IMG/VR virus record: IMGVR_UViG_3300050821_016647
Span: 1-64,000 of that record
Length of the DNA stretch: 64,000 nt
Direction: 5' to 3' (one strand)
Origin: a virus
Of the stretch, positions 63,979-64,000 are shown one piece after another (the stretch's first letter is position 1; the number at the start of each line of letters is the position of its first letter). Position numbers and translations under genes: made by a program. The notes beneath the pieces were generated by a model, which saw only the letters and a list, made by a program, of their open reading frames with translations, ran no database searches and was not told the origin of the DNA.

Positions 63979-64000
63979 GAGCGTGTGGTGCGGCTCTACC

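Noticed and set aside
1-64000. Many long plus-strand or alternative-frame ORFs (for example 1-369, 10145-10918, 29086-30057, 44135-45319, 51738-52817, 61116-62378)
   Set aside because: Antisense shadows of GC-rich minus-strand genes; no motifs, no coupling, Arg/Pro/Ser-biased frame-shift composition.

Overview
The whole 64 kb window looks like one GC-rich bacterial virus (or provirus) genome. It has no host housekeeping genes, rRNA, tRNA or CRISPR array, and almost all real genes are on the minus strand, tightly coupled by ATGA/TGATG overlaps. Layout: 1-11.8 kb is an accessory/early arm (ComM-like AAA+, DUF3560-methyltransferase, small hypotheticals, AAA ATPase module) driven by repeated sigma70-like promoters. 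11.86-12.4 kb is a non-coding origin-like region (2 perfect DnaA boxes, 31-bp tandem repeats). 12.4-14.2 kb holds endonuclease VII and a tyrosine integrase. 14.4-16.2 kb is a plus-strand micro-operon. 18.4-23.2 kb is an array of small basic-NP-transmembrane proteins. 23.2-27.3 kb is a glycosylation cassette. 27.5-37.6 kb encodes fibre/spike proteins. 38-57 kb is a morphogenesis module (LysM proteins, jelly-roll-like capsid candidates, a protamine-like membrane-anchored core protein, a transglutaminase-like Cys-His-Asp enzyme and many membrane proteins). 58-64 kb holds RadC, a GroES-like protein, ThyX and a myxobacterial-type DNA-binding protein. No terminase, portal, HK97 capsid or tail genes were recognised, so the best inference is an unusually large tailless, internal-membrane virus, possibly of Myxococcota. 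The most striking unexplained signals are two short peptide codes shared by many virion proteins: (A/I)F-x4-7-G[LVF]G and [RK]xNP next to a TM helix. With the transglutaminase-like enzyme and the Arg-rich core protein, they suggest a virion processing/cross-linking system I do not know to have been described. All family calls come from motif recognition by eye; no searches were run.
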